Shown: positions 46,560 to 57,685, counted from the stretch's first letter. The stretch is DNA of 64,000 nt from Candidatus Aphodoplasma sp. (GCA_045541115.1 JAZQIM010000011.1:83310-147309); one strand, 5' to 3'. Numbers and translations: made by a program. The notes: generated by a model from the letters alone, not told the origin.

Positions 46560-47232
46560 TTGTGTAAGCAGCATATAACTTACGGTGGCAGCCCACAAAG
46601 TAAATTTTACGGCTTGAGGTCAGGTAGGTTTTCCCAGAGTGCTGCCGAAATGTCGCCAAATCGGCGGTTTCCCTTTAAAGCGCTCTAAATATACGTTGCC
46701 GTATATATGACCTGATTGCCACTTAGTCCGCATTTCAATCCCTTATGCGCCAGCGAAGCAACAGTCTAGGAGGTTTCCTCTGCAGTCACATCTATTCTTA
46801 GCCTCTTTTGCAGCAGAAGTTTCAAACAGCGATAACAAATGCACATCGGCCAACGTGCATCTGTCTGTCCGTTATCCCGACTCCTCCCACTCAAGGCAGG
46901 CTACACTGCACCCAGCACATATTGCACCGATATGCAGGTTTTATCCTATGTCGTAATTGCTTGGATACGGCTTATGCTCATATCCAGGGGCAACCACAAG
47001 AATAGGTCTCCACGGTAAAGGGGTTCGGTCCCTGCATGCCATTGCAAGCCGCCCCAAAACCTTAACTCCCAGCACCAACCCCGAACTGGGCGTTCAAAGC
47101 AAGCACCAGAAACTTCATCGATATGCCCTACGGCGGATTTTTAGGCCCGCCCTGGGAATAGACAGAGCTGACTAGAATACTGCGCCACCGTATTTTATAT
47201 GCCGCCTACTGCCAAACTCTATTGGTTACTAC
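46560..47232 (-). ncRNA. Large structured ncRNA, OLE (ornate large extremophilic) RNA candidate
   Basis: An approx. 650-nt non-coding gap that is GC-richer than its surroundings. The promoter TTTACA-17-TATTAT is at 47267-47239 (minus strand). A 22-nt terminal helix pairs 47184-47205 with 46568-46589. Many internal GC helices are visible. The synteny OLE-oapA-dxs-tlyA matches. Confidence 0.7.
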
Positions 47233-47402
47233 ACTCAAATAATATCATATCTTTTATTTTTTGTAAAGGCTTTTGTTATCCTAACTCACGCTCTGAGCAT
47301 CGATACAAATAAAAATTTTATACGTTTTTTTCATTTTTCTGTTTGCTTTTTTAATATTTGTGGTATACTATTTATAATATGAAATTATATGGAGGTGAAA
47401 TT

Positions 47403-47561
47403 ATGGATAAGTACGAATGCACCGTTTGCGGTTATGTGTATGACCCTGAAATTGGCGACGCTGATGGCGGCATCGCTCCTGGAACTGCTTTTGAGGATAT
47501 TCCGGATGATTGGGTATGTCCTGTATGCGGCGTTGGTAAAGACGCTTTTGAAAAGCAATAA
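47403..47561 (+). CDS. Rubredoxin
   Basis: 52 aa [19 protein letters not shown]...[17 protein letters not shown] with both CxxCG knuckles. RBS GGAGGTGA. Confidence 0.95.
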   Translation: MDKYECTVCGYVYDPEIGDADGGIAPGTAFEDIPDDWVCPVCGVGKDAFEKQ

Positions 47562-47658
47562 AACTAATTGGCAGATGAAATTACACATCTGCCAGCTTGC
47601 TTATTTTCGGCTTTTGCCATATATAAATATACTATCCCATGTTAGGAGGAATTATATT

Positions 47659-48852
47659 ATGTCTTCTCTTAAAATTTGTGAAAACGTTTATTCTGTGGGT
47701 GTATTAAACCCTTCTCTTCGCGTTTTTGATATTATAATGGAAACAAAATACGGCACATCGTATAATGCGTATTTTGTAAAGGGCGAAGAGAAATGCGCGC
47801 TCATCGAAACTGTACACGAAACATATTTCGATGAATACATCGAAAACATATTATCGCTGACAGACGTTTCAAAAATTGACTACCTTGTTTTAAACCATAC
47901 GGAGCCTGACCATACGGGAAGTGTGGAAAAACTGTTAAAGCTTAATCCCAAAATTGAAATCGTTGCAACAAACCCGGGCATTAAATATGTAAGCGCCATT
48001 TCAAACTCATCATTTAAGTCAAAAATTGTAAAGGACGGCGACAAAATAGACCTTGGCGGAAAAACGCTCGAATTTCATATCGCACCGTTTTTGCATTGGC
48101 CCGATTCCATGTTTACCTACATCCCTGAGCAAAAGGTGCTTTTCTCCTGCGATATGTTCGGGTGCCATTACTGCGAGCCGCGTATGTTCGACTCAAAAAT
48201 TATGAATGCCGATGCATACGACTATTCGCTTAATTTCTATTACACTGCAATCTTTTCTCCTTTTAAACAGCACGTTTTAAACGGAATTGAAATAGCAAAT
48301 AAGCTCGAAAAAGACTTTATCTGCACAAGCCACGGTCCAATTCTGACAAGTCATTCTATTGACCGTGTCATTGGTCTGTACAAGCAGTGGGCAACGAGCG
48401 CTTCCTCCGAGAAAAAGCGCGTCGCAATATTATATGTTTCGGCATATGGTTATACAAGAATGCTTGCTAATAAGGCGTACGAGCTTGCATGCAGTCAGGG
48501 TTTTGACGCGCAGATTTGTGACATTATAAAATGTGATTCTTCAAAAGTCGTGTCACTTGCAAATGAGTGTGACATTTTAATGCTCGGCTCACCTACGATA
48601 AACCGTGACGCATTAAAACCTGTATGGGATACAATAAGCTCTATTGATGCCATTGGATGTGCAAAAAAACCGGCATTTGTATTTGGTTCGTATGGCTGGA
48701 GCGGCGAAGCTGTCAAGGCTATATGCACGCGCCTTTCTGATATGAGATTCAATGTCTATCCGGAAGGTTTTCGTGTAAATTTCAAGCCGTCCGATGACGA
48801 TTTGGCTGAATTTGAGAAACGCATAAATGATTTTTTGTCATCATCAAAATAG
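47659..48852 (+). CDS. Flavodiiron protein (FprA-type O2/NO reductase: metallo-beta-lactamase + flavodoxin domains)
   Basis: ATG 47659 after AGGAGGA. The LNHTEPDHTGS di-iron motif is present, with a C-terminal flavodoxin-like domain (VAILYVSAYGYT...GSPT). Confidence 0.85.
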   Translation: MSSLKICENVYSVGVLNPSLRVFDIIMETKYGTSYNAYFVKGEEKCALIETVHETYFDEYIENILSLTDVSKIDYLVLNHTEPDHTGSVEKLLKLNPKIEIVATNPGIKYVSAISNSSFKSKIVKDGDKIDLGGKTLEFHIAPFLHWPDSMFTYIPEQKVLFSCDMFGCHYCEPRMFDSKIMNADAYDYSLNFYYTAIFSPFKQHVLNGIEIANKLEKDFICTSHGPILTSHSIDRVIGLYKQWATSASSEKKRVAILYVSAYGYTRMLANKAYELACSQGFDAQICDIIKCDSSKVVSLANECDILMLGSPTINRDALKPVWDTISSIDAIGCAKKPAFVFGSYGWSGEAVKAICTRLSDMRFNVYPEGFRVNFKPSDDDLAEFEKRINDFLSSSK

Positions 48853-48865
48853 AATGTAATATGTA

Positions 48866-48898
48866 AAAACAGGGATGCATATGCACCCCTGTTTTTTT
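48866..48898. terminator. Bidirectional terminator between fprA and the small Cys-rich gene
   Basis: ACAGGGATGCAT/ATGCACCCCTGT stem flanked by an A-run and a T-run. Confidence 0.8.
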
Positions 48899-48900
48899 AT

Positions 48901-49197
48901 TTATCTGCAACAATCATCTCTATTGCAGCGGCACCTTCTCGCTTTTAAACACAACTTATAAATAAGAACTATCGCAATCAGTATGCCTATAACTACTGCA
49001 AAAACAATTATAGCGGCAAGCGCCCCAAGTATCGTTGCCGAAAAAACTGCGCCAAGTATAACTCCTAATGTAAGAGCTAAAATCGCTGCTAATATGCCAA
49101 GTACGATTGCCGTACATACACTTCTGTCGCATCTTGTTTCACGCACTTCACCGCAACCGTATTCGTATGCATCTACAGTATCATAATTATTTGTCAA
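48901..49197 (-). CDS. Small Cys-rich double-TM protein (98 aa)
   Basis: AAGGAGG lies 8 nt before the TTG at 49197. The product runs TNNYDTVDAYEYGCGEV...; it has Ala/Ile/Leu-rich TM helices and a C-terminal CLKARRCRCNRDDCCR. Confidence 0.5.
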   Translation of the reverse strand: MTNNYDTVDAYEYGCGEVRETRCDRSVCTAIVLGILAAILALTLGVILGAVFSATILGALAAIIVFAVVIGILIAIVLIYKLCLKARRCRCNRDDCCR

Positions 49198-49325
49198 GCT
49201 AAAAACCTCCTTTCGCCCATACTTCAATATTATTATACGCGCTCTCTTTTGGTCAGGTTACACATTCTTCTTGTATTAGTAAAAAATGACTCTAAGCTTA
49301 TAAAAAAGCAGCCCTTATGGCTGCT

Positions 49326-51092
49326 TTATGCTTTTAATTTTTCGCAAAGTTCTTCCGATGCTTCTACATATAATGTTTTATAATGCTCGTATATTACCAT
49401 ACCGGGTTTTGCGCCCGACGGCTTTTTTACATTTTTTATCTGCGTATAATCGACCTCAACCTTTGGCGAGTTTTTCGCCGAGCTGTAAAACGCGGCAAGC
49501 GATGCCGCCTCAAGAATTGTTCTGTCCGGAATATTTTTATCAATGCCGAGCTTTATAATCGTATGTGAGCCGGCAAAATTCTTCGTATGAAACCATAAAT
49601 CGTTGCTGTTTGCAAGACGAAGTGTAACGTAATCGTTTTGCACATTATTTTTGCCGACATATATGTCAAAGCCGTCGCTGCTTATAAAATGCATTGGCTT
49701 CGCGCTCTTATAGCCTTTCTTCTTGTCACGCGATTTTATATTTATATATCCTTGCTCTGCAAGCTCATGTTTGATAGATGAAAGCTCATCTTCATCAGAT
49801 GCAAGAGAAATATTTTGCGCTACACTTTCAAGGTACACAAGCTCCTCATTGGCAATCTCAAGCTGCTTTTGTGCCTGCTCCTGCGCAACCTTTGCCTTAT
49901 TATACTTTTTGTAGTATCGTTGAGCATTCTGTTGAGGCGTAAAGGAAATATCAAGCGGAATTGTTATATCTTCATTTTCAGGAGAATAGAAATTTTGCAC
50001 CAAAACAAATTTATCTCCGTCTTTTATGCGATATAAATTCGCTGTAATCAAATCGGCGTAAAGCTTATGTGTATCACGTTCGAGCGCACTTGCAAGAGTT
50101 TTATTTAATACTACAATCTTTTTTGCACAACGCTCAATATTGTTTGATATAAGCTTTGTAAGCGCCGCACTTTTTTGTTTCTTCCTCTCCTCAGTATCGC
50201 GCGTATAATAATACGCCTCCACAGCCTCGCTTATTGAAGATGCGCTTTGTAAGCGAGCCATCGATTCGTACTGCTTAATTTCAAACGCGCAAAAATCTCT
50301 TGGACTCTTACTTGATATATCATAAATTACACATGGACTGTATCTGTCATTTTTTATATCATCAAAAAACGTAAACACGCTATCGCAAAGCCTTTTTTTC
50401 ATATCCTCGCAAAGCTCCGATACAACCGCATCAACGCTTCCAAAAGCACGGTAGCATATTTCGCGCGAAACGAGCGGGCTTATTCCTTCAAAGCTTTGTA
50501 AAATAAGCTTGTCTGCACGAATTTGTGTGTCTGCCGTATCAATAACACGCTTGATGTCTTCACAGTTACACTCAAGCGGATTTATCTTATCCTGAGACGG
50601 CGGTATAATATATTTCATACCGGGCAATATCTGCCTTATACTGCTCACGCTTATATCAATATGCTTTATGCTGTCGAGTATCTTTCCATCATTGTCTGTA
50701 AGGATAATGTTTGAGTGTTTGCCCATGATTTCTATAATCAGATGCTTTACCGTAAGGTCGCCAAGCTCCGTATATGATTCGATACAAAAGTCTATGCATC
50801 GCTCAAGTCCACTCTGTCGCACATCGATAAGCCTGCCTGATGAAAGGTGCTTTCTTAAAAGCATACAAAACATCGGCGCGTCCATCGGGTTTTTCTTTGA
50901 GCTTTGTGTAAAATGCGCGCGCGGATTTGATGAATTCGCCGACAAGACAAGCTTTCGCGCACCTTTGGGTGAACGGAAGGATATCGTAATTTCGTCGCGT
51001 TCAGGCTGATATATCTTATCTACTTTAGCGAAAAGCAGCTGTGTATAAAATTGTTTTGTAAGTGCGCGAACCGCTATGCCATCAAGCGCCAT
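49326..51092 (-). CDS. rqcH: RqcH (Rqc2/NFACT homolog; FbpA-type, ribosome-associated quality control)
   Basis: 588 aa: MALDGIAVRAL..., NFACT-N, coiled coil, and NFACT-R (DLWFHTKNFAGSH). Confidence 0.85.
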   Translation of the reverse strand: MALDGIAVRALTKQFYTQLLFAKVDKIYQPERDEITISFRSPKGARKLVLSANSSNPRAHFTQSSKKNPMDAPMFCMLLRKHLSSGRLIDVRQSGLERCIDFCIESYTELGDLTVKHLIIEIMGKHSNIILTDNDGKILDSIKHIDISVSSIRQILPGMKYIIPPSQDKINPLECNCEDIKRVIDTADTQIRADKLILQSFEGISPLVSREICYRAFGSVDAVVSELCEDMKKRLCDSVFTFFDDIKNDRYSPCVIYDISSKSPRDFCAFEIKQYESMARLQSASSISEAVEAYYYTRDTEERKKQKSAALTKLISNNIERCAKKIVVLNKTLASALERDTHKLYADLITANLYRIKDGDKFVLVQNFYSPENEDITIPLDISFTPQQNAQRYYKKYNKAKVAQEQAQKQLEIANEELVYLESVAQNISLASDEDELSSIKHELAEQGYINIKSRDKKKGYKSAKPMHFISSDGFDIYVGKNNVQNDYVTLRLANSNDLWFHTKNFAGSHTIIKLGIDKNIPDRTILEAASLAAFYSSAKNSPKVEVDYTQIKNVKKPSGAKPGMVIYEHYKTLYVEASEELCEKLKA

Positions 51093-51128
51093 TTCGCTGC
51101 CTCCGTTTCATTTTTTCTTTAAATACAA

Positions 51129-51635
51129 TTATTTGTGCTCTAAATCTATTACTTCTCCAACTATTTTAAGGTTCTCGCTCTCGGCAATTTCTCTCGTATA
51201 GATATATATCGCGTCCTTGCATCTGCAAAGCACAAGCTTTTTTGTTTTCGTGTCGCAGCGTGCAATTACGCTTACTGCTTGCCCGTACTGAGAAACGTCT
51301 ACGACAAAAACTTCTGCATCAATTTTATTTTCGAAAATACTGTTATAATCAATTGCTTTTTTCACTTTAAATGTCACGTTTTCTTCGGACGAATATGAAT
51401 ATAGCGCCTCTTCTGCATTCTCTTCAAACATGCGGCTCGATTGGCCTATCATATACGAAAATTTTACACCGAAATACTTGGCTAATTTGATTATATTCTC
51501 CGTAGTAGGAATATTTATACCACGTTCATAATTCGATATGGCATTCTTACCGACACCTATAACCGCACCTATCTCCGCCTGCGTTTTTCTATGGATTGTC
51601 CTTAAAAACTTAAGTCTTGTAGCAAAGTTTTCCAT
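51129..51635 (-). CDS. XRE-family HTH transcriptional regulator
   Basis: 168 aa: N-terminal LKFLRTIHRKTQAEIGAVIGVGKNAISNYERG. Confidence 0.75.
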   Translation of the reverse strand: MENFATRLKFLRTIHRKTQAEIGAVIGVGKNAISNYERGINIPTTENIIKLAKYFGVKFSYMIGQSSRMFEENAEEALYSYSSEENVTFKVKKAIDYNSIFENKIDAEVFVVDVSQYGQAVSVIARCDTKTKKLVLCRCKDAIYIYTREIAESENLKIVGEVIDLEHK

Positions 51636-51828
51636 ATGTTTTCTCCTTGTGTTAACATTGCTTTTGTATGCTTTAATATTAACATTTTCTGCTCATTACG
51701 TCAACCGCCTGTTTTAAATCAACTGCTATAATTTACATATTTTTTACAAATTTATATAGTAAAATTTTTATATTAGTGTTATAATAGATATATGTATTTA
51801 TAAAAATAAGGTTTCAGAAGGTGAAATA

Positions 51829-54564
51829 ATGGGTATATTTGAAAAAATATTCGGAACATACTCCGACAGAGAAATAAAACGCATTATTCCGATTGCAAAA
51901 AAAGTAATGTCATATGATGAAGAGTACGCCGCTCTTAGCGATGCACAGCTTCGCGCAAAAACCGACGAATTCAAAGCACGTCTTAATAAGGGCGAAACGC
52001 TTGACGATATACTTGCAGAGGCATTCGCAGCTGTGCGCGAGGCATCGTGGCGCGTGCTTGGCATGAAGCATTTTTACGTTCAGATACTCGGCGGAATTAT
52101 CCTTCATCAGGGAAGAATTGCCGAAATGAAAACAGGTGAAGGTAAAACGCTCGTATCGACACTTCCCGCTTATCTTAATGCTCTTACAGGAAACGGTGTA
52201 CATATTGTCACCGTAAATGATTATCTTGCAAAGCGTGACAGCGAATGGATGGGTAAGGTTTTTAAATTTATGGGACTTAGCGTAGGTCTTATTATCCACG
52301 ATTTAGAACCCGAGCAAAGACGAAGAGCGTATAATGCAGATATCACCTATGCTACAAATAACGAACTCGGCTTTGACTATCTTCGTGACAATATGGTCAT
52401 ATACAAAGAAGATTTGGTGCAACGAAAGCAAAACTATGCCATCATCGACGAGGTCGACTCAATTTTAATTGACGAAGCAAGAACACCTCTTATAATTTCG
52501 GGAATGAGCGGAAAATCAACACAGCTCTACACCCTTGCAAATACTTTTGCCTCAAAGCTTAGCGTAAAATACGTAAAACAGTCCGATGATAAAGAACTCG
52601 ATGATAATGTCCACGCTGATTACATTGTAGACGAAAAAGCAAAAACTGCTTCACTTACTCCGAAAGGCATTAAAAAAGCAGAGGAATTTTTCAATGTCGA
52701 AAATCTTTCTGACCCCGATAATATGCTCATTAACCACCATATAAATCAGGCAATTAAAGCTCACGGCGTTATGAAACGTGACCGTGAGTACGTTGTAAAA
52801 GACGGTCAGGTAATTATAGTCGACGAATTTACGGGACGTATGATGTTCGGCAGACGATACTCCGACGGACTTCATCAGGCGATAGAAGCAAAAGAGCGCG
52901 TAACAGTTGAGCATGAAAGTAAAACACTTGCGACAATTACTTTCCAGAATTTCTTTAGACTATATACAAAGCTCTCTGGTATGACCGGTACAGCACAAAC
53001 TGAAGAACAGGAATTTCAGCAGATTTATAAACTCGACGTCGTTGTCGTGCCGACAAATAAAGAAATGGTTCGCCGCGACCTTGACGATGCTGTATATAAA
53101 AATGAAGCAGCTAAATACCGCGCTGTTGTTGAGCAGGTAGAAGAGTGTCACAAAAAAGGTCAGCCTGTACTCGTCGGCACAGTTTCAATCGAAAAATCTG
53201 AAATAATAAGTGCGCTTCTTAAGAAAAAAGGCATTAAACATGAGGTATTAAACGCAAAATTCCATGATAAAGAAGCGCAAATAATCGCACAGGCAGGTAA
53301 AAAAGGCGCCGTTACAATTGCAACTAATATGGCGGGACGTGGAACCGATATTATGCTCGGCGGTAACGCTGAACATATGGCGCTAAGTGAAATGCGCAGA
53401 CTTGGATTTAGCGAAGAATTGATTACCGAGTCTACAAGTTACTCCGATACAAATGACGAGGAAATTTTAAATGCGAGAAAAACATTTGCCGAACTTTTGG
53501 CAAAATATAAACAGCAAATACGCCCCGAAGCCGAGGAAGTTGCAAAAGCAGGCGGTCTGTTCGTAATCGGCACAGAACGCCACGAATCAAGACGCGTCGA
53601 CAATCAGCTGCGCGGTCGTTCGGGCAGACAAGGCGATATGGGTGCATCAAAGTTTTTCTTATCGCTTGATGACGATCTGATGAGACTTTTCGGTTCGGAA
53701 AGAATAAGCATGATGATTGACCGCATGGGCCTTGATGAAGACCAGCCGATTGAAGCAAAGCTCCTTTCAGGCGCAATTGAAAATGCACAAAAGAAAGTCG
53801 AAGGCAGAAACTTCGATATAAGAAAGCACGTACTGCAGTTTGACGAGGTTATGAATGAGCAGCGCAAGATGATATATTCACAGCGTAAAATGGTTCTCGA
53901 TGGCGAGGATTTGCATCCGTCAATTCTTCGTATGATTGACGAAATGATAGAATTTGCACTCGACAATTACGCCGGCTCACAAACCCCTGACGACTGGGAT
54001 CTTGATGGCTTAAGTGCATTTGCTTCATCAGTTTTTCTTGCGCCTGAAAACTCCTTTAAATTTTCGTTTGATGAGCTAAACGACATATCGCGCGAAGATA
54101 TAAGAGAAAAGCTTCATAAGCTCGCAGATGAGAGAATAGAGCATCAAAAAGAAGTCTTCGGTGATAATTTTGCCGAGCTTGAGCGCGTTATATTACTCCG
54201 CGTCGTAGATACTAAATGGATGGACCATATCGACGATATGGATCAGCTTAAAAACGGTATCGGACTCAATGCATACGCTCAGCGTGACCCCGTTGTAGAA
54301 TACAGACTCGTGGGCTCTGACATGTATGACGAGATGCTTGCAAATATTTCACATGATACGGTAAAATATATACTTGCTGCACAGAGCGCGACAAATTCTC
54401 TCGAAAGACAGCAAGTCGCAAACCCAACAAGCGCAAACCATGGCGGCGATGATTCGATCAAAAAGCAGCCTGTCGTAAAAAAAGATAAGGTAGGACGAAA
54501 CGACCCATGTCCTTGCGGCAGCGGCAAAAAATATAAAAAATGCTGCGGCGCAAACGAAGAATAA
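51829..54564 (+). CDS. secA: Preprotein translocase ATPase SecA
   Basis: 911 aa: MKTGEGKT Walker [20 protein letters not shown], and a C-terminal zinc finger [14 protein letters not shown]. Confidence 0.97.
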   Translation: MGIFEKIFGTYSDREIKRIIPIAKKVMSYDEEYAALSDAQLRAKTDEFKARLNKGETLDDILAEAFAAVREASWRVLGMKHFYVQILGGIILHQGRIAEMKTGEGKTLVSTLPAYLNALTGNGVHIVTVNDYLAKRDSEWMGKVFKFMGLSVGLIIHDLEPEQRRRAYNADITYATNNELGFDYLRDNMVIYKEDLVQRKQNYAIIDEVDSILIDEARTPLIISGMSGKSTQLYTLANTFASKLSVKYVKQSDDKELDDNVHADYIVDEKAKTASLTPKGIKKAEEFFNVENLSDPDNMLINHHINQAIKAHGVMKRDREYVVKDGQVIIVDEFTGRMMFGRRYSDGLHQAIEAKERVTVEHESKTLATITFQNFFRLYTKLSGMTGTAQTEEQEFQQIYKLDVVVVPTNKEMVRRDLDDAVYKNEAAKYRAVVEQVEECHKKGQPVLVGTVSIEKSEIISALLKKKGIKHEVLNAKFHDKEAQIIAQAGKKGAVTIATNMAGRGTDIMLGGNAEHMALSEMRRLGFSEELITESTSYSDTNDEEILNARKTFAELLAKYKQQIRPEAEEVAKAGGLFVIGTERHESRRVDNQLRGRSGRQGDMGASKFFLSLDDDLMRLFGSERISMMIDRMGLDEDQPIEAKLLSGAIENAQKKVEGRNFDIRKHVLQFDEVMNEQRKMIYSQRKMVLDGEDLHPSILRMIDEMIEFALDNYAGSQTPDDWDLDGLSAFASSVFLAPENSFKFSFDELNDISREDIREKLHKLADERIEHQKEVFGDNFAELERVILLRVVDTKWMDHIDDMDQLKNGIGLNAYAQRDPVVEYRLVGSDMYDEMLANISHDTVKYILAAQSATNSLERQQVANPTSANHGGDDSIKKQPVVKKDKVGRNDPCPCGSGKKYKKCCGANEE

Positions 54565-54571
54565 AAATAAT

Positions 54572-54603
54572 AAAAGCGAAGCAATTTTTGCTTCGCTTTT
54601 TTC
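54572..54603. terminator. Bidirectional terminator between secA and murC
   Basis: AGCGAAGCA-atttt-TGCTTCGCT stem flanked by A/T runs. Confidence 0.85.
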
Positions 54604-55983
54604 TTACTTATTTTCTAAAATATCTCCGAGCTTATAAATATTTCCCGCACCCATCGTAATTATGATATCGCCGCCTACAAGCTTCTTTGAAAGAAAGTTT
54701 GCCGCATCATCAAACGAAGCAGCATAACAAGCTTTTTTACCGCGCTTTACCAGTCTCTCTACCAAATCACGTGAATGTATAAGACCGGTATCTTTTTCGC
54801 GCGCCGCATATATGTCAACAACAACGATTTCATCTGCATAGTCAAACGCCTTTTCAAATTCATCTATAAGCGTTTTCGTGCGCGTATAAGTATGTGGCTG
54901 AAATGCAACATAGAGCTTGTTTTTGCATACATTCTTCGCAGTCTTTAATGTGCACTTAATCTCAGTCGGGTGATGTGCATAGTCATCAATTATTTGCGCC
55001 CCATTACATGTGCCCTTCTTTTCAAATCGTCTGTGCACGAGCTTAAACTCCTCAAGTCCCCTCGCTACCATCTCGCCGTCAAGCCCAAGAGCATACCCGG
55101 CAGCAAAGCACGCCAAAGCGTTTTGTACATTATGCTCGCCTGCCGCCTGCAGACACACATGTATAATTTTGCCATCATATTCTATGTCAAATTCGCCGCA
55201 GCCCTCATTGTAGCATAGATTTTGCGGACAAAAAATATTATCCTCGCTAAATCCGTATGTTAATATTTGGGCACGTGCTTCTTTTGCACAGTCAACGGCG
55301 TCTTTATCGTCGCCACACACGATTACATACCCGTCATCTTCTGGAATTGCCGCAAATTCCCTGAAAGCCTTTTTTATATTATCAAAATTTTTAAAGAAAT
55401 CAAGATGGTCCTCATCAACATTTGTTATAATCGCAATCCTCGGGAAAAACTCTAAAAACGAACAGTGATATTCACACGCCTCCGTAAGAAAAACATCCGA
55501 TTTTCCTATGCGCATATTGCCGCCTATTGCATCGAGCTCTCCGCCGAGCATTATCGTCGGATCAGCATCGCAGGATAGCAAAACATGTGTCATCATCGAT
55601 GTTGTTGTTGTCTTTCCGTGAGTGCCTGAAACGCATATACTTCTACTATAATCGCGCATCAATGCCCCTAAAAACACAGAGCGCTCTACTGCGCAAATAG
55701 AATTTTTACGTGCATACTCCAGCTCGACATTTTCATCGTTTACAGCCGCCGTATATACAACAAGCTCAGCGCCCAATACATTCGATGCGCAATGTCCTTT
55801 ATATATTTTTATTCCCTCTTGCCCGAGCTTTCTTGTTATGTGCGATTCATTTATATCTGATCCGCTTACTTTGTAACCACGGTCATTTGCTATGCTTGCA
55901 ATCGCACTCATGCTTATACCGCCTATGCCTATAAAATGGATATGTCCACCTTTTTCTATATCAGATATATAAAAATTATTCAT
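54604..55983 (-). CDS. murC: UDP-N-acetylmuramate--L-alanine ligase
   Basis: HIHFIGIGGISMSAIA, GTHGKTTTTSM. Start at the ATG at 55983 after GGAGTGA. Confidence 0.92.
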   Translation of the reverse strand: MNNFYISDIEKGGHIHFIGIGGISMSAIASIANDRGYKVSGSDINESHITRKLGQEGIKIYKGHCASNVLGAELVVYTAAVNDENVELEYARKNSICAVERSVFLGALMRDYSRSICVSGTHGKTTTTSMMTHVLLSCDADPTIMLGGELDAIGGNMRIGKSDVFLTEACEYHCSFLEFFPRIAIITNVDEDHLDFFKNFDNIKKAFREFAAIPEDDGYVIVCGDDKDAVDCAKEARAQILTYGFSEDNIFCPQNLCYNEGCGEFDIEYDGKIIHVCLQAAGEHNVQNALACFAAGYALGLDGEMVARGLEEFKLVHRRFEKKGTCNGAQIIDDYAHHPTEIKCTLKTAKNVCKNKLYVAFQPHTYTRTKTLIDEFEKAFDYADEIVVVDIYAAREKDTGLIHSRDLVERLVKRGKKACYAASFDDAANFLSKKLVGGDIIITMGAGNIYKLGDILENK

Positions 55984-56469
55984 TTGATTTCTCACTCCAA
56001 ATTGTCATTTTTATTTAAATTTGATTTGTATAAGAACATTATATACTAAATAATAAATAAATAAAACATTTTTTTGCAATTTTTATTAAATAAGGAAGAT
56101 TTTTATTTTTTAATAAATTTTTTAACATTATTTTGTACTATAGACATTTTTTCCCTCTTTTGTAAATATTTATGTTTTTGCTAAAAATACAGCCTAAATT
56201 TCTATATATAAAACATATTAAAAGCTCGGTTTATGTCATTTTTACTATATTTTTATAGATTATTGTGTAAAATTGCACAATATCAGAGCTGAAAATTTCT
56301 TCCAATAGGTCATTTTCGCAAAAAAACATTAAAAAACTCTTGACTATCACTTTTCTTTATGTGAAAATTATCGTAAAGAGGACTTTCATTATATGGCTGT
56401 GTTATGCTTTATTGAGACTTGATCGGCGACCTCTTGTTATCGGCACACAAGAAAGGTGGTGAGTATATC

Positions 56470-56760
56470 GTGGAAATTACAGATATCAGAGTAAGAAAAA
56501 TCAATGCGGAAGGAAAAATGAAAGCAGTCGTTTCCGTCACCTTTGATAATGCTATAGTTGTTCATGATATTAAAATCATTGATGGTCAGGAAAAACTATT
56601 TATAGCAATGCCCAGCAGGAAAACTCCTGAAGGCGAATTTAAAGATATTGCACATCCCATCAACGCTCATATGCGCGAGTATCTCGAAAAGGCTATATTG
56701 GATAAATATGAGTCAGCACTCGCTGAAGAGGATAAAGCAGAATTAGCAGCCGAGGAATAA
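56470..56760 (+). CDS. spoVG: Septation protein SpoVG
   Basis: The GTG at 56470 lies 8 nt after [50 protein letters not shown] is the canonical SpoVG sequence. Confidence 0.9.
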   Translation: MEITDIRVRKINAEGKMKAVVSVTFDNAIVVHDIKIIDGQEKLFIAMPSRKTPEGEFKDIAHPINAHMREYLEKAILDKYESALAEEDKAELAAEE

Positions 56761-56911
56761 GACGTAACTTTTTTATATATACTTTTAAATTGAATTTTAA
56801 ACAAGAAACGCCACACGGCCTGACGTATTTGCGACAGGCTATAACACAGTAGACAGTTTAGTTAAAAAACAGGGTTTTGCATAATGCAAAACCCTGTTTA
56901 ATTTTTATGTA

Positions 56912-57463
56912 CTAATTCGATTTTTTTATTACACCGGTATTCTTTAAAAACTTTGCCTTCTCAAGCGCAATGAGCAATACAACCGAGATAATGCAATCAA
57001 CGCCATGGTGGAAGACCGTAATGCCAAATACTGTTTCAAGAAGGTATGTAAGCGATGTACTGTTTGCAAAACCGAGCATTGGTCCAAACAAATATACCAC
57101 AACGGCTTCTCCAAGACCATGAAGTATAGCGCATATCACAAACACTAAATATGTGTTAACTTTCTTCTTTAGCATATATGCTCCCACTAAAGCAAATATG
57201 ATATGGCTTGCAGCGCGGATTGCCACAATAGGTCCTAAAGAAATAAAAAATCCAAGCGTCGAACCTATTACAGTACATAGCGCTACCCACGGACTAAAGA
57301 ACATTGCCAGAATTGTCGGCACATGCGCTGCAAATGTCACGCTAAATGGCTGCGGAAACGGAAGTTTGAACGGAAACAGCGGTATAATAAGCGAAAATGC
57401 TGTAAGTATACCTGCTATTACTATGTTTTTTATGTTCTCATTTTTGTTAAGTGAGCTTGCCAT
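56912..57463 (-). CDS. ECF-transporter S-component-like membrane protein (approx. 6 TM)
   Basis: 183 aa and hydrophobic. Its size and topology fit vitamin S components; the substrate is unknown and no riboswitch is seen in the short leader. Confidence 0.45.
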   Translation of the reverse strand: MASSLNKNENIKNIVIAGILTAFSLIIPLFPFKLPFPQPFSVTFAAHVPTILAMFFSPWVALCTVIGSTLGFFISLGPIVAIRAASHIIFALVGAYMLKKKVNTYLVFVICAILHGLGEAVVVYLFGPMLGFANSTSLTYLLETVFGITVFHHGVDCIISVVLLIALEKAKFLKNTGVIKKSN

Positions 57464-57614
57464 CTTATATCCCCCTTAAAAATATCCATTTTTTTGTTAT
57501 TCATTATACACCACATCACCAAAAAACGCAAGGATATTTACACAATAAAAGAAATTTTGTCACATTATACATTTTTATGCCAAATAAAAAATTTAATTTA
57601 TTTTAATTTTTTTG

Positions 57615-57643
57615 TTGACAAAATACTTTTGTGAGTGTATAAT
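57615..57643 (+). promoter_or_regulatory. Promoter of tRNA-Lys
   Basis: TTGACA-17-TATAAT, 43 nt upstream of the tRNA 5' end. Confidence 0.7.
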
Positions 57644-57685
57644 ATAAAAGTCGACTGAAAAAGCGACTCATTTTTTACATTATAT

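Noticed and set aside
46808-47175. Two plus-strand ORFs (65 and 72 aa) in the dxs-rubredoxin gap
   Set aside because: They have no RBS, their composition is Pro/Arg/His-rich, and they lie antisense to a region with extensive RNA-type helices and its own minus-strand promoter. The region is interpreted as an ncRNA gene.
55996-56469. Approx. 470-bp very AT-rich murC-spoVG intergenic region (includes the palindrome ATTGTG-N8-CACAAT at approx. 56262-56282) as a hidden RNA or mobile remnant
   Set aside because: There is no repeat structure, no ORF and no stable helices. It is consistent with a promoter-rich, curved, divergent regulatory region.
57644-57685. Hairpin AGTCG..CGACT + T-run between the tRNA-Lys promoter and the tRNA as an attenuator
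   Set aside because: The stem is only 5 bp with a 10-nt loop, which is too weak to call and is probably just part of the precursor leader.
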